Assembly (NCBI GenBank): GCA_021613535.1 | Contig: CP075494.1 | Coordinates: 6,448,001 to 6,512,000, forward strand | DNA: 64,000 bases | Source: Adineta vaga | Taxonomy: Eukaryota > Animalia > Rotifera | Direction: 5' to 3' | In this document: positions 40,970 through 56,414 of the stretch, piece by piece | How positions within the stretch are numbered: the first letter of the stretch is position 1 | How the letters are laid out: every line of letters begins with the position of its first letter | Notes under the pieces: model-generated | What the model saw: only the letters and a program-made list of their open reading frames with translations | The model's database searches: none | What the model was told of the DNA's origin: nothing | Position numbers and translations under genes: made by a program

Positions 40970-43045
40970 ATGAGTGGAAACAAATCAAGGGGAGTTGGCA
41001 GTGATGGACATGATAACAAAGACAAACACGGAGTGGGTTCATCCAAGGATTCGGATTCGCATAAACAAGCTCACCATGAAAAAGGTCAAACATTTCTTTT
41101 AATCTGGTTGGATTCCTACATCGATAAGAGTCGAGATCATCAAAATACACTAGTTCAATTTAAACACGTGATTTCTAATGTCACACCATTCATTGATCTC
41201 AATCAATGTATTCGATTTATCGAACACCACAAGGATAGTAAAATTCTTTGTATTTGTTCTGGTGCTCTTGGGGAACAGCTCACTCAACAAATTCATGATA
41301 TGTCTCAAATCGACAGTATTTTTATCTTCTGTAGTAATAAAACGCGTCATGAACAATGGGCGAAAAATTGGTCTAAAATTGAAGGTGTTTATACCGATCC
41401 AGTAGCAATCTGTCGAGCTCTCCAGAAAGTAGTTGTACGATCTGCCGAAAAGGATATACCGGACGATGAAAATAATCTGGATAAGAGCATGATCCAATTA
41501 GATCCATCATATATGTACACTCAAGTTCTCAAAGAAATCCTCTTGACAATTAAGTTCGACAATCAGCATATCAAATATTTCATTGATCGTTGTCGTGAAC
41601 ACTATGCTGCTGATAGTCATGAGCTTGAAAATATTGAACGGTTCGAACAAGAATATCGCGATCATTCACCGGTATGGTGGTATACATGTGATTGTTTTTT
41701 ACATCGTACTCTTAATCAGGCCATTCAGACAGTAGATATGGGTGCTATTATCGATATGGGCTTTTTCATTGTTGATCTACATCGTGAACTTGTAAACCTA
41801 CATGCTCAACAGTACAGTAAATCCCATTCAAGTAGAACCTTCCAGGTCTATCGTGGAGAAGGCATGCCTAGAAAGAATTTCGAGGAGTTGATAAAAAACT
41901 CAGGTGGTCTCTTGTCATTCAATAAGTTTCTATCTACTAGTAAGGATCAGCAAACGGCTCTTAAAAATGCTCATTATGCCGCTGGAAGATCTGACTTCAT
42001 TGGCGTTCTGTTCGTGATGAAGATTGATTCTGCTCGGTCAAAAGTACCTTTCGCTTCCGTAGCAAAGAACGGCTATTATACAGATTCAGATGAAATTTTA
42101 TTTTCAATGCACACAGTTTTTCGTATTCAAGACATTAAACCAATGGGTCATGGTAATCGTATCTTCGAGGTAACTATGGCACTCACTGAAGACACTGATG
42201 AAGCGTTACAAGCTTGTGGAGATAGCTTACGAGAAGAGATTAGTAAGAATTCAAATCCATGGTATAGAGTAGCTCAATTGCTGGTTAAAAAAGATGAGTC
42301 CAAAAAAGCCAAACAGATATACCGTAGACTTCTTCAAATGACTACGGATGATACTGAAAAAGTATCTATTTACAAACAACTTGGATTAATCAATGTTGAT
42401 CAAAATGAATATGAGAAAGCACTTGAATGTTACAGAGAAGCAGTTAGCATTGGAGAAAAATTTCAACCTCCAGAATATCTTCAAATGGCATGCTTGAATG
42501 ATGCTATTGGTGACGTATATACCAAGATGAATGAATATCCAAAAGCGCTTTCGTTCTTCGACAAAGCACTTGTAATTAAACAAAAAAAGCTTCCTGCAGA
42601 TCATTCAGACATAGTGTCTTCTTACGAAAAGATGGGTTCTGTGTTTTTGAAGATGGAAGATTATGAAAAAGCATTAATATTTTACGAGAAAGCTCTGACT
42701 ATTCGAGAAAAATCATCCGCTTTGCCTAAATCCCATCTACCAACTGCGTACATCAATATCGCTATGATTTATGAGGGCATGAAAAAATACGAGAAAGCAC
42801 TTCTATACTTTGAACAAGCACTCAAAATTCAACAGAAATCACCTCCGCTTGATGATCTTGCTTTGGCTTCTACCTATGAAAAGATTGGTGCGATCCACGA
42901 ACTTATGATGAATTACGACACAGCAAATTCATTCTTTGAAAAGGCACTGGTAATCAAAGAAAAAGCTTATGGTTCAAAAAACCATCCTGACATTGAAAAA
43001 TGTAGAAAAAAAATTGAAATTATACAAGGGAAAATACAGTTATAA
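40970..43045 (+). CDS. ADP-ribosyltransferase (R-S-E clade) with TPR repeats, intronless, with N-terminal alpha/beta domain
   Basis: WWYT..FLHRTLN, VYRG, FLSTS, DEILF..VFRI ART motifs; about six 42-aa TPR units (YEKALxFYEKALxI); 691-aa ORF. Confidence 0.88.
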   Translation: MSGNKSRGVGSDGHDNKDKHGVGSSKDSDSHKQAHHEKGQTFLLIWLDSYIDKSRDHQNTLVQFKHVISNVTPFIDLNQCIRFIEHHKDSKILCICSGALGEQLTQQIHDMSQIDSIFIFCSNKTRHEQWAKNWSKIEGVYTDPVAICRALQKVVVRSAEKDIPDDENNLDKSMIQLDPSYMYTQVLKEILLTIKFDNQHIKYFIDRCREHYAADSHELENIERFEQEYRDHSPVWWYTCDCFLHRTLNQAIQTVDMGAIIDMGFFIVDLHRELVNLHAQQYSKSHSSRTFQVYRGEGMPRKNFEELIKNSGGLLSFNKFLSTSKDQQTALKNAHYAAGRSDFIGVLFVMKIDSARSKVPFASVAKNGYYTDSDEILFSMHTVFRIQDIKPMGHGNRIFEVTMALTEDTDEALQACGDSLREEISKNSNPWYRVAQLLVKKDESKKAKQIYRRLLQMTTDDTEKVSIYKQLGLINVDQNEYEKALECYREAVSIGEKFQPPEYLQMACLNDAIGDVYTKMNEYPKALSFFDKALVIKQKKLPADHSDIVSSYEKMGSVFLKMEDYEKALIFYEKALTIREKSSALPKSHLPTAYINIAMIYEGMKKYEKALLYFEQALKIQQKSPPLDDLALASTYEKIGAIHELMMNYDTANSFFEKALVIKEKAYGSKNHPDIEKCRKKIEIIQGKIQL

Positions 43046-43647
43046 TTTGATCGGTTAAAGATAAAAGAAAATATCAGTTTCATCAAATATTGTAACATTT
43101 GATTGAAAATAATAGTGAATAAAATTTCTTTCGTCATCGAATTGTATTGTATAATTTCAATATGAAGCATGAAATGGAAAAACAATTGACGAGACAAGTC
43201 TATTTGTAACTTAATAAAGTGAACGTGTAGTGACTTTTTTTTATCTGAATGATCATTTCTACTAGAATGAATATTGAATTACTAAAATTTTAAAGTTTGC
43301 AATTGCTTCACGCAGCGTTGTATTAAAATACAATGATGGCACATCATCATTGTTGCACGGGCACATCCTCATAATGATCGCGACCTTCTTTTATTCATTT
43401 CTTCCGTGTCCCAAAGAAAGATGATTAAACCCATCAATCAGCAGTCACGATTTAAATAGATGTCGCTCTTTCTATTCACATCATTCGACAGTATCATTGG
43501 TTAATCATTTGACGAGAACGAAGAATAAGGAGAGCCTTGAATTGAATACAGTTCAAAAAAGTCTGTTGTTTATTCCATTCATCAATCATCTGTTCGATTG
43601 TATTTCATAGAAAATCTTTTCTCGATTCAAATTTCTTCTTCCATTAG

Positions 43648-46600
43648 ATGCCAAAACGCGTTCACAGTGCTAGTGATCGCGATGATATTAGTGAGTCAAC
43701 TGGTACATCGAAACGAACTCGTAAAATCGGTGAATTAGTACGTAGTTATCTTTCTTCTTTTCCATCAAAATCTATTCTTTCAATTCTAGAGCGATACCTG
43801 TCAAGAATTCTATGATGAATTACGAGTACATAAAACTGAAGATGGAAAAAATCCATCTGAAACTTTTCTTCGTTTGCCAAATAAGAGGTTTGTTACAAAA
43901 ATTGATTTCATTCGAAATTCTTCTCCTTTGTAAATTTTAAATCTAGAGGAAATGCAGATTATTATACTTCAATAAGTGATCCAATTGATTTCACTCAAAT
44001 TCAACAAAAAATTCATTCAGATGGATATACTTCATTTAAACAATTCATCGATGATATCGAATTACTTATTACTAATGCCAAAAATTTCTATCGAGTAAAA
44101 TCGAAATTTTCTTATTACTTTGTCATTTCACTTTTTCTTTTGTAGAAAAATTCCATGGAATGGAAAGATGCAAATGAATTATCGAAATATTTACATTCAA
44201 AAACGAAATCAGACACAGTTGATTCTCATTATCTCGAAGAATTTTTCACCGCGATTTACAATGTTCAATTCGATGATCGACCTATTACCGATATATTCTT
44301 GTTTCTACCTTCACGAAAAGTAAATCACAATCATTTGATAAATTGTATATCTCAACGAAAACGTTTTTCTATAGATCTATCCTGATTACTATCTAATAGT
44401 AACAAAACCAATTGATTTAAAAATGATTGCAATGAAAATTCAAAATAATGAATATGGTACATTGGATGATATGGAGAATGATTTATTATTAATGATTTCG
44501 AATGCAAGAAAATATAATGATCCTAAATCACAAATATATAAAGTAAATTGAATTGTTTAATTTAATCATTAATATTGATCTGGAAAATGTTTAGGATGCT
44601 TGTGCATTGAAAAAAATCATAACAAATGTTCGAAATGAACTTGAATCAGCATTAAAATCACCGAATGATCGATTAAGGTATGAAGAATCGAGTATTTTTT
44701 TTTCAATCATTTCAATTTTCTCTTTTCAAAGACTTCGTAAACGTGATGTACTTCTCTCATCGGAAGTTGCAAATATGGAGTATCCTGAAGAGCCCGATGA
44801 TGAAGAAATTATTCCAGCACAAACAGACGATGCCGATTCGGAAACAAGTTCACTTGGTGATGAAGATGATTTGTATAGAATTTTATACAATGCTATTCGA
44901 TATTACAAACTTGGTGCTCAGAGTTTAATTGATCCATTTATGAAATTACCGAATAGAAGATTTCATCAGGATTATTATGAAGAAATTCAACGACCCATTG
45001 CGATGTCTGTTATTAAAAATCACATCAAAGTAATAAAACACTTGTATATATGTATGCGTAATTAATTATTCGTTCATTTAGAAAGGAAAATATACACATA
45101 TCGATGATCTCGTCGATGATTTGAAATTAATGTTTGATAATGCAATGCAATATAATCAAGAAGGATCATTGATTTATAATGTAAGTTCATACATTTCATT
45201 CGTATTGTAAAACAGTAATAAATATATTTTATATATAGAGTGCAAAGAAATTACTTGATGTGACTTTAATGAAAGCTCATGAACTTGGTTATGATGAACA
45301 AAAACCAAGATTAAAAGAAGTTCGTGTTAATCTTCCGATGGTAAATATGTATTTCTTCTCTATTTGATCTTAAAATTTTCTTTTTAGGTTACCGTCAAAG
45401 ATGAATATCACGAATCTCCCAGTCCTCAATCGCCAAATGTAAATGAACGAAAAGAGAAATATTTATAATTATAATCTTCTATTTTAGTCACAACGAGGAC
45501 GACCATCGAAAAAGTCTGTCATAAAAACAACTGAACAGAATATTCAATCAATTTATACTTACATACGAGAATATCGAGTAAAATTTTCTAATTATTTTCT
45601 TTGAATTTTTCAATCAATTTTGTATTTTTTCATAGGAAAATGATGTTGGTCTCATTGCTCCATTCTTAGAATTACCATCTGCTGAAGAATATCCTGATTA
45701 TTATGAAACAATTGAACATCCAATTGATATGTCAATGATCAAAGATAAAATCGATAAAGGAACTGTAAGTTAAAATAACAAAAATCAATTTGAAATAGAA
45801 TCTCGATCTCAATATTTTAGTATAAACGTGAACAAGATATAATTGATGATCTCAATCGAATGTTTAATAATGCGAAAGTTTACAATGTTGATGAATCATA
45901 TATATTCAAATATGCTGCTCGTCTTGAACAAGCATTAGCAATCAAATTCAAGGGAATGATTGTGAAAAAAGAAAAACCAACACCACAACTTCCACGAATA
46001 ATCAATAAAAGGTATGATGAATACAAATTACGATCATTTACTTTTCGAATTATCTTCTATTCGATTTAGATCATTGAATACTTTACAAGATAAAATCTCC
46101 TATTTAATTCAAGCAATCAAAACATATACAGATCGTCATGGACGAACATTATCATCAGTATTTCTTACATTACCATCAAAAATTGATTATCCAGATTATT
46201 ATGAAGTTATTCATAAACCAATTGATCTTAAACGTATTGAATCACGACAATATTCATCAATTAATGAACTATCTAATGATTTAAAACTAATGTTTGAGAA
46301 TGCATTGTTATACAATGAACCAGGTTCAATAATTTATCGAGTAAATTCTTTCTAAATGAAGACAAAATTTGAATATCGTTATATTTAGGATGCATTGAAT
46401 TTACAACGATTATTTCTTGAGAAAAAACGAGATTTTATACATAATGATAATGTACAAAATTTAGTTTCAGAATTAATGATTTGTTTATTCATACAATTGT
46501 TTAATTATGAAGTAAATTTTATTTTTTTATGAACTCAATTAGAACATTTGCTTATCGTTTTATTTTTCTTCTAGGATCAAGATGGTCAATATATTAGTGA

Positions 46601-49600
46601 TTCATTTTCTGAATTATCTGAACAAGTAGAAAATGAACCGTAAGAAATCAGAAGATTTTGTTGATTAAATAGGAAAGATTTTTTGATATTTTGTTAGATT
46701 TGATATTGTATATACATTCGATTTAATTCGACAAAATCTTGATAAAGTATTTGCTTGATATCTATTGAAATAAATGAATATAATCGAATATTTTATTTAG
46801 CATCGATATCATCGATTAGATGTTTTTCAAGATGATTTATTTAAAGTATTTGAACGTGTACGAAAACTAAGTGCAGCAAATTCTCCAGTAAATATTCTCT
46901 CAGATTCGTTTGTAATTGGCTATAACATTTAACTTATTGTAGGTTTATCAAGATTCAATTAAATTACAACGTATCTACATTCGTTTACGTGATGATGTCT
47001 GTCAACATGGTAGTTTACTTCGATCACCAGCACTTTTATTTAATGAAGAACGATTTCAAGAAGAACTTGTTCGAGAACGAACTGATAAGAATTCTACAAC
47101 AAATACGAATAATCAGAACAGTATATCACCAACAAAATCATCTGATTCTGATGAACATAAAGTTTCCGTAAGTTTTGTTCATTTAATTAATTAATACATA
47201 AGTGAATCGTAAACATGAACATTCCATTTCATTTTAGCCAATGAAAATCATATCACCTATTGAAAAAAGTTCTTTATCCAAAGGTCAAACATATTATCTT
47301 GGTGATTTTGTTTATATCGAACCATCTGATGAATCAAGTGAAGCTGTTATTGTTTGTATTGAATCATTTGAACGTAAGAATAATGAAGATTATTTCAATG
47401 GTTTACAATTTGTTCGTCCCGATGAAACATATCATACACCTACACAAAAATTTCTTCGTCAAGAAGTTTTTCTTACTCAAACAATTGAACATATATCAAT
47501 GAATAAAATTCAAAATCTTTGTTATGTCCTTCATGTAAAAGATTATTTCAAATCTCAACCGATTTTAGAAGAAAATAATCTTCCATTTGCTGATCAAGAT
47601 GTTTACGTATGTGAATCAAGATATAATATTAAAACAAAAATGTTCAAGAAAATCAAATGGTGGAATGTACCAGAAAATAAACGTGTGAAATTAATTCCAC
47701 GAGATGTTCCATTAGAAAATATACGTATGCCATCAACATTAGTACATCATCGTTCATCAACAATAGACAATGATTCGAACAATATAGATGTAATCGATAA
47801 AACGAAAGAAATCATTTTATACGATGCAGTTATTAATGAAAAATTAAATGAAAATTCATCGATTAAACGAGATTATTATGAACAAATTGTAACTTCAACG
47901 AATCGATTTTATAAAGTTGGCGATTTTGTTTATGTTATGAATGTGGAAAATCATAATAATAATAATAATAATAATAATAATGGATTACAGAAACAATTTA
48001 TAAGTCGAATTGATAAAATTTGGAAAGAAAATGAGTAAGTTTAAAGAAGAACGTGAGTTTTTGATGTAAATAATGTCTTTTCATTTTAGCTCGTATTATC
48101 TTAGTGGACCAGTTTTTATTCAACCATCAGATATTAATAATCGTGAACAATTAATTGTCACTTCGAAATGTTTCTATGAACGAGAAGTGATTAAACGAGA
48201 TGGTCCAAGTACACAAATCGCATTGCATAATATAAGAGGCAAATGTTCTGTACTATCAGTAAAACATTTCTGTACACGTAAGTTTTCTGAATTTTTCTTC
48301 GAATAAACTAATGATTTATCATTTAGATCGTTTAACGGAAATATCTGAATCGGATGTATATGTTTGTGAATCGAAGTATGTCATTGATGATCATAGTCTT
48401 CGTGGATTATCCAAACCATTGAAAGTAAAATATTGAAATTAAAAATATTCGATCAAATAAAATCTATGTTCTATTCTATTGTAGAGAATATCATTATCTT
48501 CGAAAGCAACGGCAGATGAAATATGGACCTTTCGAAAAGAACTTTTATTGAAACAAGTAAGACTGATGTTCTGAAACGAGATTCTCGGGATATTCTATCG
48601 CGAAAAGATTAGAAAAACAATAAAATATTATGTTTTGATTTATTTGAAGGAAGCACCTGGTGGTCTATTAAAACTTGTAGATGAAGGTTCAGTAATGGAT
48701 GTGGATGATTCATCGAATCATATTGTCAATGGTGATGATCATCATTCTCATATTGAAACAAGCAATAGTGGTACTAATCTGAATTCATCATTTTCCAATC
48801 GTTATAGTAGTAATCGAGTAAGAATTGCGAAAAAAAATATAAGTATAAGATTTCTAAATATATTCTATTCTTTAAAAAGAAAAGTAATCGACGTGTATCA
48901 ATAACTCGTCCAATTTCGGGCTATCTTGTATTCGCAAGTGAATCACGAAAACGTTTAGTACGCGATAATCCAGGTATTCCATTTGGTGATTTAAGTCGAA
49001 TCATTGGTGATCAGGTAATTATCGAAATAATATATAAAATAAACTGATCCATTCATTTCATTGTTCTTTCAAATCGATATCTCTAGTGGAGACGATTACT
49101 TGGACCTGAACGAGAGAAATATGAAGAAAAAGCTCGTGAACGAGCAAAAGAACAAGAGACTCAAATCATTAATAATCCTATTGTTAATGAACCTCCACCA
49201 CGAGTAATAAATGGTCCAGTAACAATGAACGGATATTATCCGAGTATGTTATTATTATTCTTGACACAAAAATAAAAATTCTATCAAAAAACAATGTATT
49301 TAGATGTTCATCCACCAATGAATGGTATTCTTCCTGTTCTATTAAAAGCACCAACAGTTCCTGTTGTTAGCTGTCCTCCTCGTATCCAACGAGCTGTACA
49401 TCCGGAAACTTATTCAAGATATATTGATCATCTAAAAAATGATCATCCATTTATATCTGATTGGCCAAAGCAAATCAAAGCATCTATTGTTAATAATGGT
49501 AATACTTCATCGCGAACATTACCATCACATTGGTTTATGAATAATAGTCCCGGTTTTTATAATAATGTTTATGAAGCACTATGGTCAATGCGTGATAATA

Positions 49601-49650
49601 TGTGGTCGGATGTTGTTCGTGTACGAAATATATCTTCGGATGAATGGTAG
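43648..49650 (+). CDS. PBRM1: Protein polybromo-1 (BAF180): six bromodomains, two BAH, HMG box
   Basis: Repeated FxxLP..YPDYY..IxxPID..MFxNAxxYN units, BAH (GDFVYIEP..VYVCESRY), HMG (SGYLVFASE..FGDLSRIIGDQW), C-terminal ALWSMRDNM. Confidence 0.95.
47954..47981 (+). repeat. (AAT)n microsatellite encoding poly-Asn within PBRM1 BAH2
   Basis: AATAATAAT run giving HNNNNNNNNNG. Confidence 0.8.
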
Positions 49651-50376
49651 ATAGATGTATTCTTTTTGTTCTCTTATCTTAACACATTCATTCTACGAAT
49701 GATGTGAATACATAGTTCGAATTGTTTCTTACAGTAAAAATCTCTCTCGACATATATATATATATATGATGGGTTATTGTAGAATGTAGTTTTGTTTTTC
49801 TTCATGTTTATGTCGGCTTCTTGTCTGTATGTACTGTTAATTTCTTTCTCTTTGGTTTCATTTCTTCTAAATCTACATATAATGATGAAAAAAAAAACAT
49901 AGACATACGTCAGCAATATTGTTTGTTCTATTTCTCTCTCTATCCGTGATATATTACGGGATATATTGTATGTCTTGTGAATGCTTTCTCTTTTTAAATG
50001 TACAGACATTGTTGTATTATTAAAAGAATATAACAGATGATTGAAATGAAGATGTGAAATATGATCGAATAATTATTGATGATACATCTCTTTTTTCTTT
50101 GATCGATCTTTCTTTGTTATTTTTTTCATCAAAAAGCATGCTGTTTTATTATCTTCTCATTGAACATCAAAAGGAGGAAAAAAACAATAAACAAACAAAC
50201 AAACAAACAGAAAAGTAATGCGCTATATATGTATGAACGAGAAAGAAAAATGAGAGAGGAAAATAGAAATGAAATTTTTTCTGACAAACAACAAAAGCAT
50301 CATTAATAGACTTGCTTCTTTTTTCATTATAAAATCGTTGAATTAATAATAAAAGAAGAATGATTTATCTCGTTTT

Positions 50377-53399
<3,023 letters not shown>

Positions 53400-53712
53400 T
53401 TTTATCTAAAACAGATGAATTTGATGGTTGTGTTTTGTGTTGATGATTATATTATATATGTCCTTGAACAATGACGAAATCTAGATATTTATTTCGAAAG
53501 AAACCATTCTATATGTATGTTGATGTTTTCAATGAGGGGCATGTTTTTTTTATTACACTAAAAATTTTAAAGACAATTTTTTATGAATTAAAATAAAAAT
53601 AATTACGAAAAAAGAAAATCTGGATTTATTTTAGGGAAATTCTGTTATGGGTGGCGCCACATGATTATGATTAGTGGCGCTAGATGAGTGTGATTGTCCT
53701 TTTATTTCACAA
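53400..53712. promoter_or_regulatory. Candidate bidirectional promoter DDX5/ZFAND2B
   Basis: Divergent ATGs 313 nt apart; GTGGCGCCACATG (53651-53663) and GTGGCGCTAGATG (53674-53686). Confidence 0.6.
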
Positions 53713-54542
53713 ATGGAATTCCCTCAAGTAGGTCAACATTGTTCAGCTAAAACATGTAATAAATTAGGTAAGTTATTTTCGAATATTTCAACAAAATTCT
53801 TTGTTTATTTTCTCTAGATTTTCTCCCAATGAAATGTGATTTATGTAATTCTATTTTTTGGTAAAATTTTTCGTTTTTCCAACTTTTTTACACTGAATAT
53901 GTTTTGTTGTTCTCAGTAAAGATCATATAAAATATAATGAACATCAATGTCCATCATCTTATCGTAAAAATATTCAAATTCCAATCTGTCCATTATGTAA
54001 TCAACATGTTCCCTATGAATATCGTGATCAATCACCTGATCGTGCTGTTTCTGGACATATAGATCGTGATTGTCAATCACGTAAACGTGACAAAGTCTAT
54101 TCAAATAAATGCTCAGTTTCATCATGTAAACAACGTGAAGCTATTCAAGTGAATTGTGAAAAATGTTCTAAAACTTACTGTTTACGCCATCGATTTCCTG
54201 ATGATCATAAATGTCAAGGATTACAGAAAGTATCCTCATCTGCGAAACAGAAGTAAATATCCGAAAATTTTCTATCGAAAAAACTTATGATCTATTGTTT
54301 AGAACACAAGAAGAAGATGATTATTTATTTGCAAAAGCGTTACAAGAAAGTGAACGAGAAGAATTACAAAGAACACGTCGAAATGTAAGATGAGAACTAT
54401 TTATTTATAAATTTTCTCAGAGTGAATTGTAGGGAATTTTTGTTAATTTTAACTTTTGTTTTAGCAAACCACAGCAGCAACAACAACAGCGAATAATAAT
54501 AGTGCTTCATCAACTGATAATAAAAGTTGTTCTATTCAGTAA
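53713..54542 (+). CDS. ZFAND2B: AN1-type zinc finger protein 2B (AIRAPL/aip-1-like)
   Basis: MEFPQVGQHC..DFLPMKCD..FCKDH, PICPLC, second AN1 finger YCLRHRFPDDHKC, UIM-like EEDDYLFAKALQES, CaaX end CSIQ*. Confidence 0.92.
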
Positions 54543-54655
54543 CAATAATACTTCTTTTTGTTGTACATAAAAAACTGGATTAAAAATTTGCTTTACATGG
54601 CTTCTTTATGAATTTATAGCTATATATCATTTATTGATAATTTTTAGATAAAATT

Positions 54656-55281
54656 ATGGATTTTGGTGAACCATCACCAGATGTTATTGCACGATTATAC
54701 AAAGAAATTAAAGAAAAAAAGGTTCGAATAGAACAAAAAGTAAATTAACGATCTAAAAAAATTGATATGTTTAGATTCTCGAGCTTGATTGGAAAAATCC
54801 AGGAAAGAAAAATCGAACGAAGAGACAGAAAGTTGAACAAAATCTCAGTCCAATGAAATCAGATGAATCGACAAACTCAAAAACAGATGATAATAAGTAT
54901 GTATGATAAAATTACTGATTTTACTTATTTGTCATTCTCTTTTCGAATAGATTAGTAAATGAAATTGATGAATTTGATAATGATGATGCTCTCAGATCGA
55001 ATCATATTACTGTCTCATCATTTCGCTCTGCTGGTTTGATTTTCTACTTTTTTTTTCATATTATATATTCGAAATATTCTATTTTTGTTGTATAGTTGGT
55101 AAACCCAAAACGAACGAAAAACGTCTTATTGATATGAATACAGTCATTGCAAATATTGAACGCCAACAACAAGAAGATGAACGACTTCGGTAACACTTTA
55201 ATTTTTCTTTTATTTAAAAAAACAAACAAATTTATTCTTTTTAGACAAGGCATGGACACGTCATCGGATGATAAGGCTTAA
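54656..55281 (+). CDS. PAGR1: PAXIP1-associated glutamate-rich protein 1 (PA1)-like
   Basis: Manual splice MDFGEPSPDVIARLYKEIKEKKILELDWKNPGK..DEFDNDD..MNTVIANIERQ resembles the PA1 conserved blocks (PxPxxIxxLY..LEL; EFDFDD; C-terminal helix). Not in the ORF track. Confidence 0.7.
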
Positions 55282-55364
55282 ATATTTCAAATATGTTATG
55301 TATAAATTGTACATGATTTGTGTTCTTTTGTCTTTTTCAAATATCTAAAATAAAATTTTCACAA

Positions 55365-56414
55365 TTAGGATTCTTTCAACCATTTATGAATCGAAGCAAG
55401 TTGTTTTAATTCCATCATATTGACTTGATAGTCATCCGAAATCGTCTCATATTCCCAGAGTATAGCGGCAGATGTTCGTCCATGTGCACAAATGAACGGC
55501 ATTGAACAAGATTTTAATTCATTGAGAAGATGATTACATTCATTTTTCGATAAAATATCATTAAATTTAATGGCATTGTGACAAGCTAAAGATTTGAGAG
55601 TATCGTACATGAGTAATTTAGATTGATTGATTGTTTGGAGGAGAATCTTTGTAATTGTATCGTAGATAATATTATCGAGAAGAGAAGTTGTTGATTGACG
55701 TTGTCCGAGCGTGAGAAGCCAACCGGGTACAGCTCGAACGAGAAGATTATGAGTTGAAATGGAAGAAAAAATGAAACCAGTACGTTCGAGTAGAGAGATT
55801 TGTTCGGATGTATAGAGAAATCGTGGATTCCGAGGAATAGTGGCTGGTTCAGAGAGATGAAATGGAATTGTGTGAGTGTTTTCTTGTTGAAAATGTGTTT
55901 GAAGTCGTTCGAGAAGAATACGTTCGGAAATAGCATGTTGATCAAATAGAATCAGTTGAATCTGATTGTGATGAATTAAATATTTAGTAATTAAGAATTT
56001 CTTATCGAATTGACCAACGAAACAAGTCTGATGAAGAATTTCCATATTCATCAATTTTTGAGAAGTAATTTGTCGAAGATTGCATATTGATGGATAGATT
56101 CGTGGAGGTAAAGTATTTTGAACAGTTGGAGAATGAATATCAGATGATTGTTGTAAAGTTTTTTCTGTTATCTGAAATGTTTGACGAATATTTGTCGATA
56201 GACGAACTGGATATTGACTTGCATAATGTCGATATTTCGACCATTCACGTCGTTGCGATTGAAGAAGTGTCTGTTTATAAGATTTAGTACGAGTATGTTC
56301 AAGAGTTAATCGTTGTCGTTTATGATATAATGTTTCTTGTTGTTCATTAACTTTATTAAATGTCATCCGAGCTGCACGATATCGTTCAAGAATCGTATCC
56401 TTATCCGTTGACAT
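55365..56414 (-). CDS. MLH3: MLH3-like MutL C-terminal endonuclease domain lacking the N-terminal ATPase; intronless
   Basis: GQFDKKFLI, DQHAISERILLE, ACHNAIKFND, PFICAHGRTS; 349 aa only. Confidence 0.8.
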   Translation of the reverse strand: MSTDKDTILERYRAARMTFNKVNEQQETLYHKRQRLTLEHTRTKSYKQTLLQSQRREWSKYRHYASQYPVRLSTNIRQTFQITEKTLQQSSDIHSPTVQNTLPPRIYPSICNLRQITSQKLMNMEILHQTCFVGQFDKKFLITKYLIHHNQIQLILFDQHAISERILLERLQTHFQQENTHTIPFHLSEPATIPRNPRFLYTSEQISLLERTGFIFSSISTHNLLVRAVPGWLLTLGQRQSTTSLLDNIIYDTITKILLQTINQSKLLMYDTLKSLACHNAIKFNDILSKNECNHLLNELKSCSMPFICAHGRTSAAILWEYETISDDYQVNMMELKQLASIHKWLKES

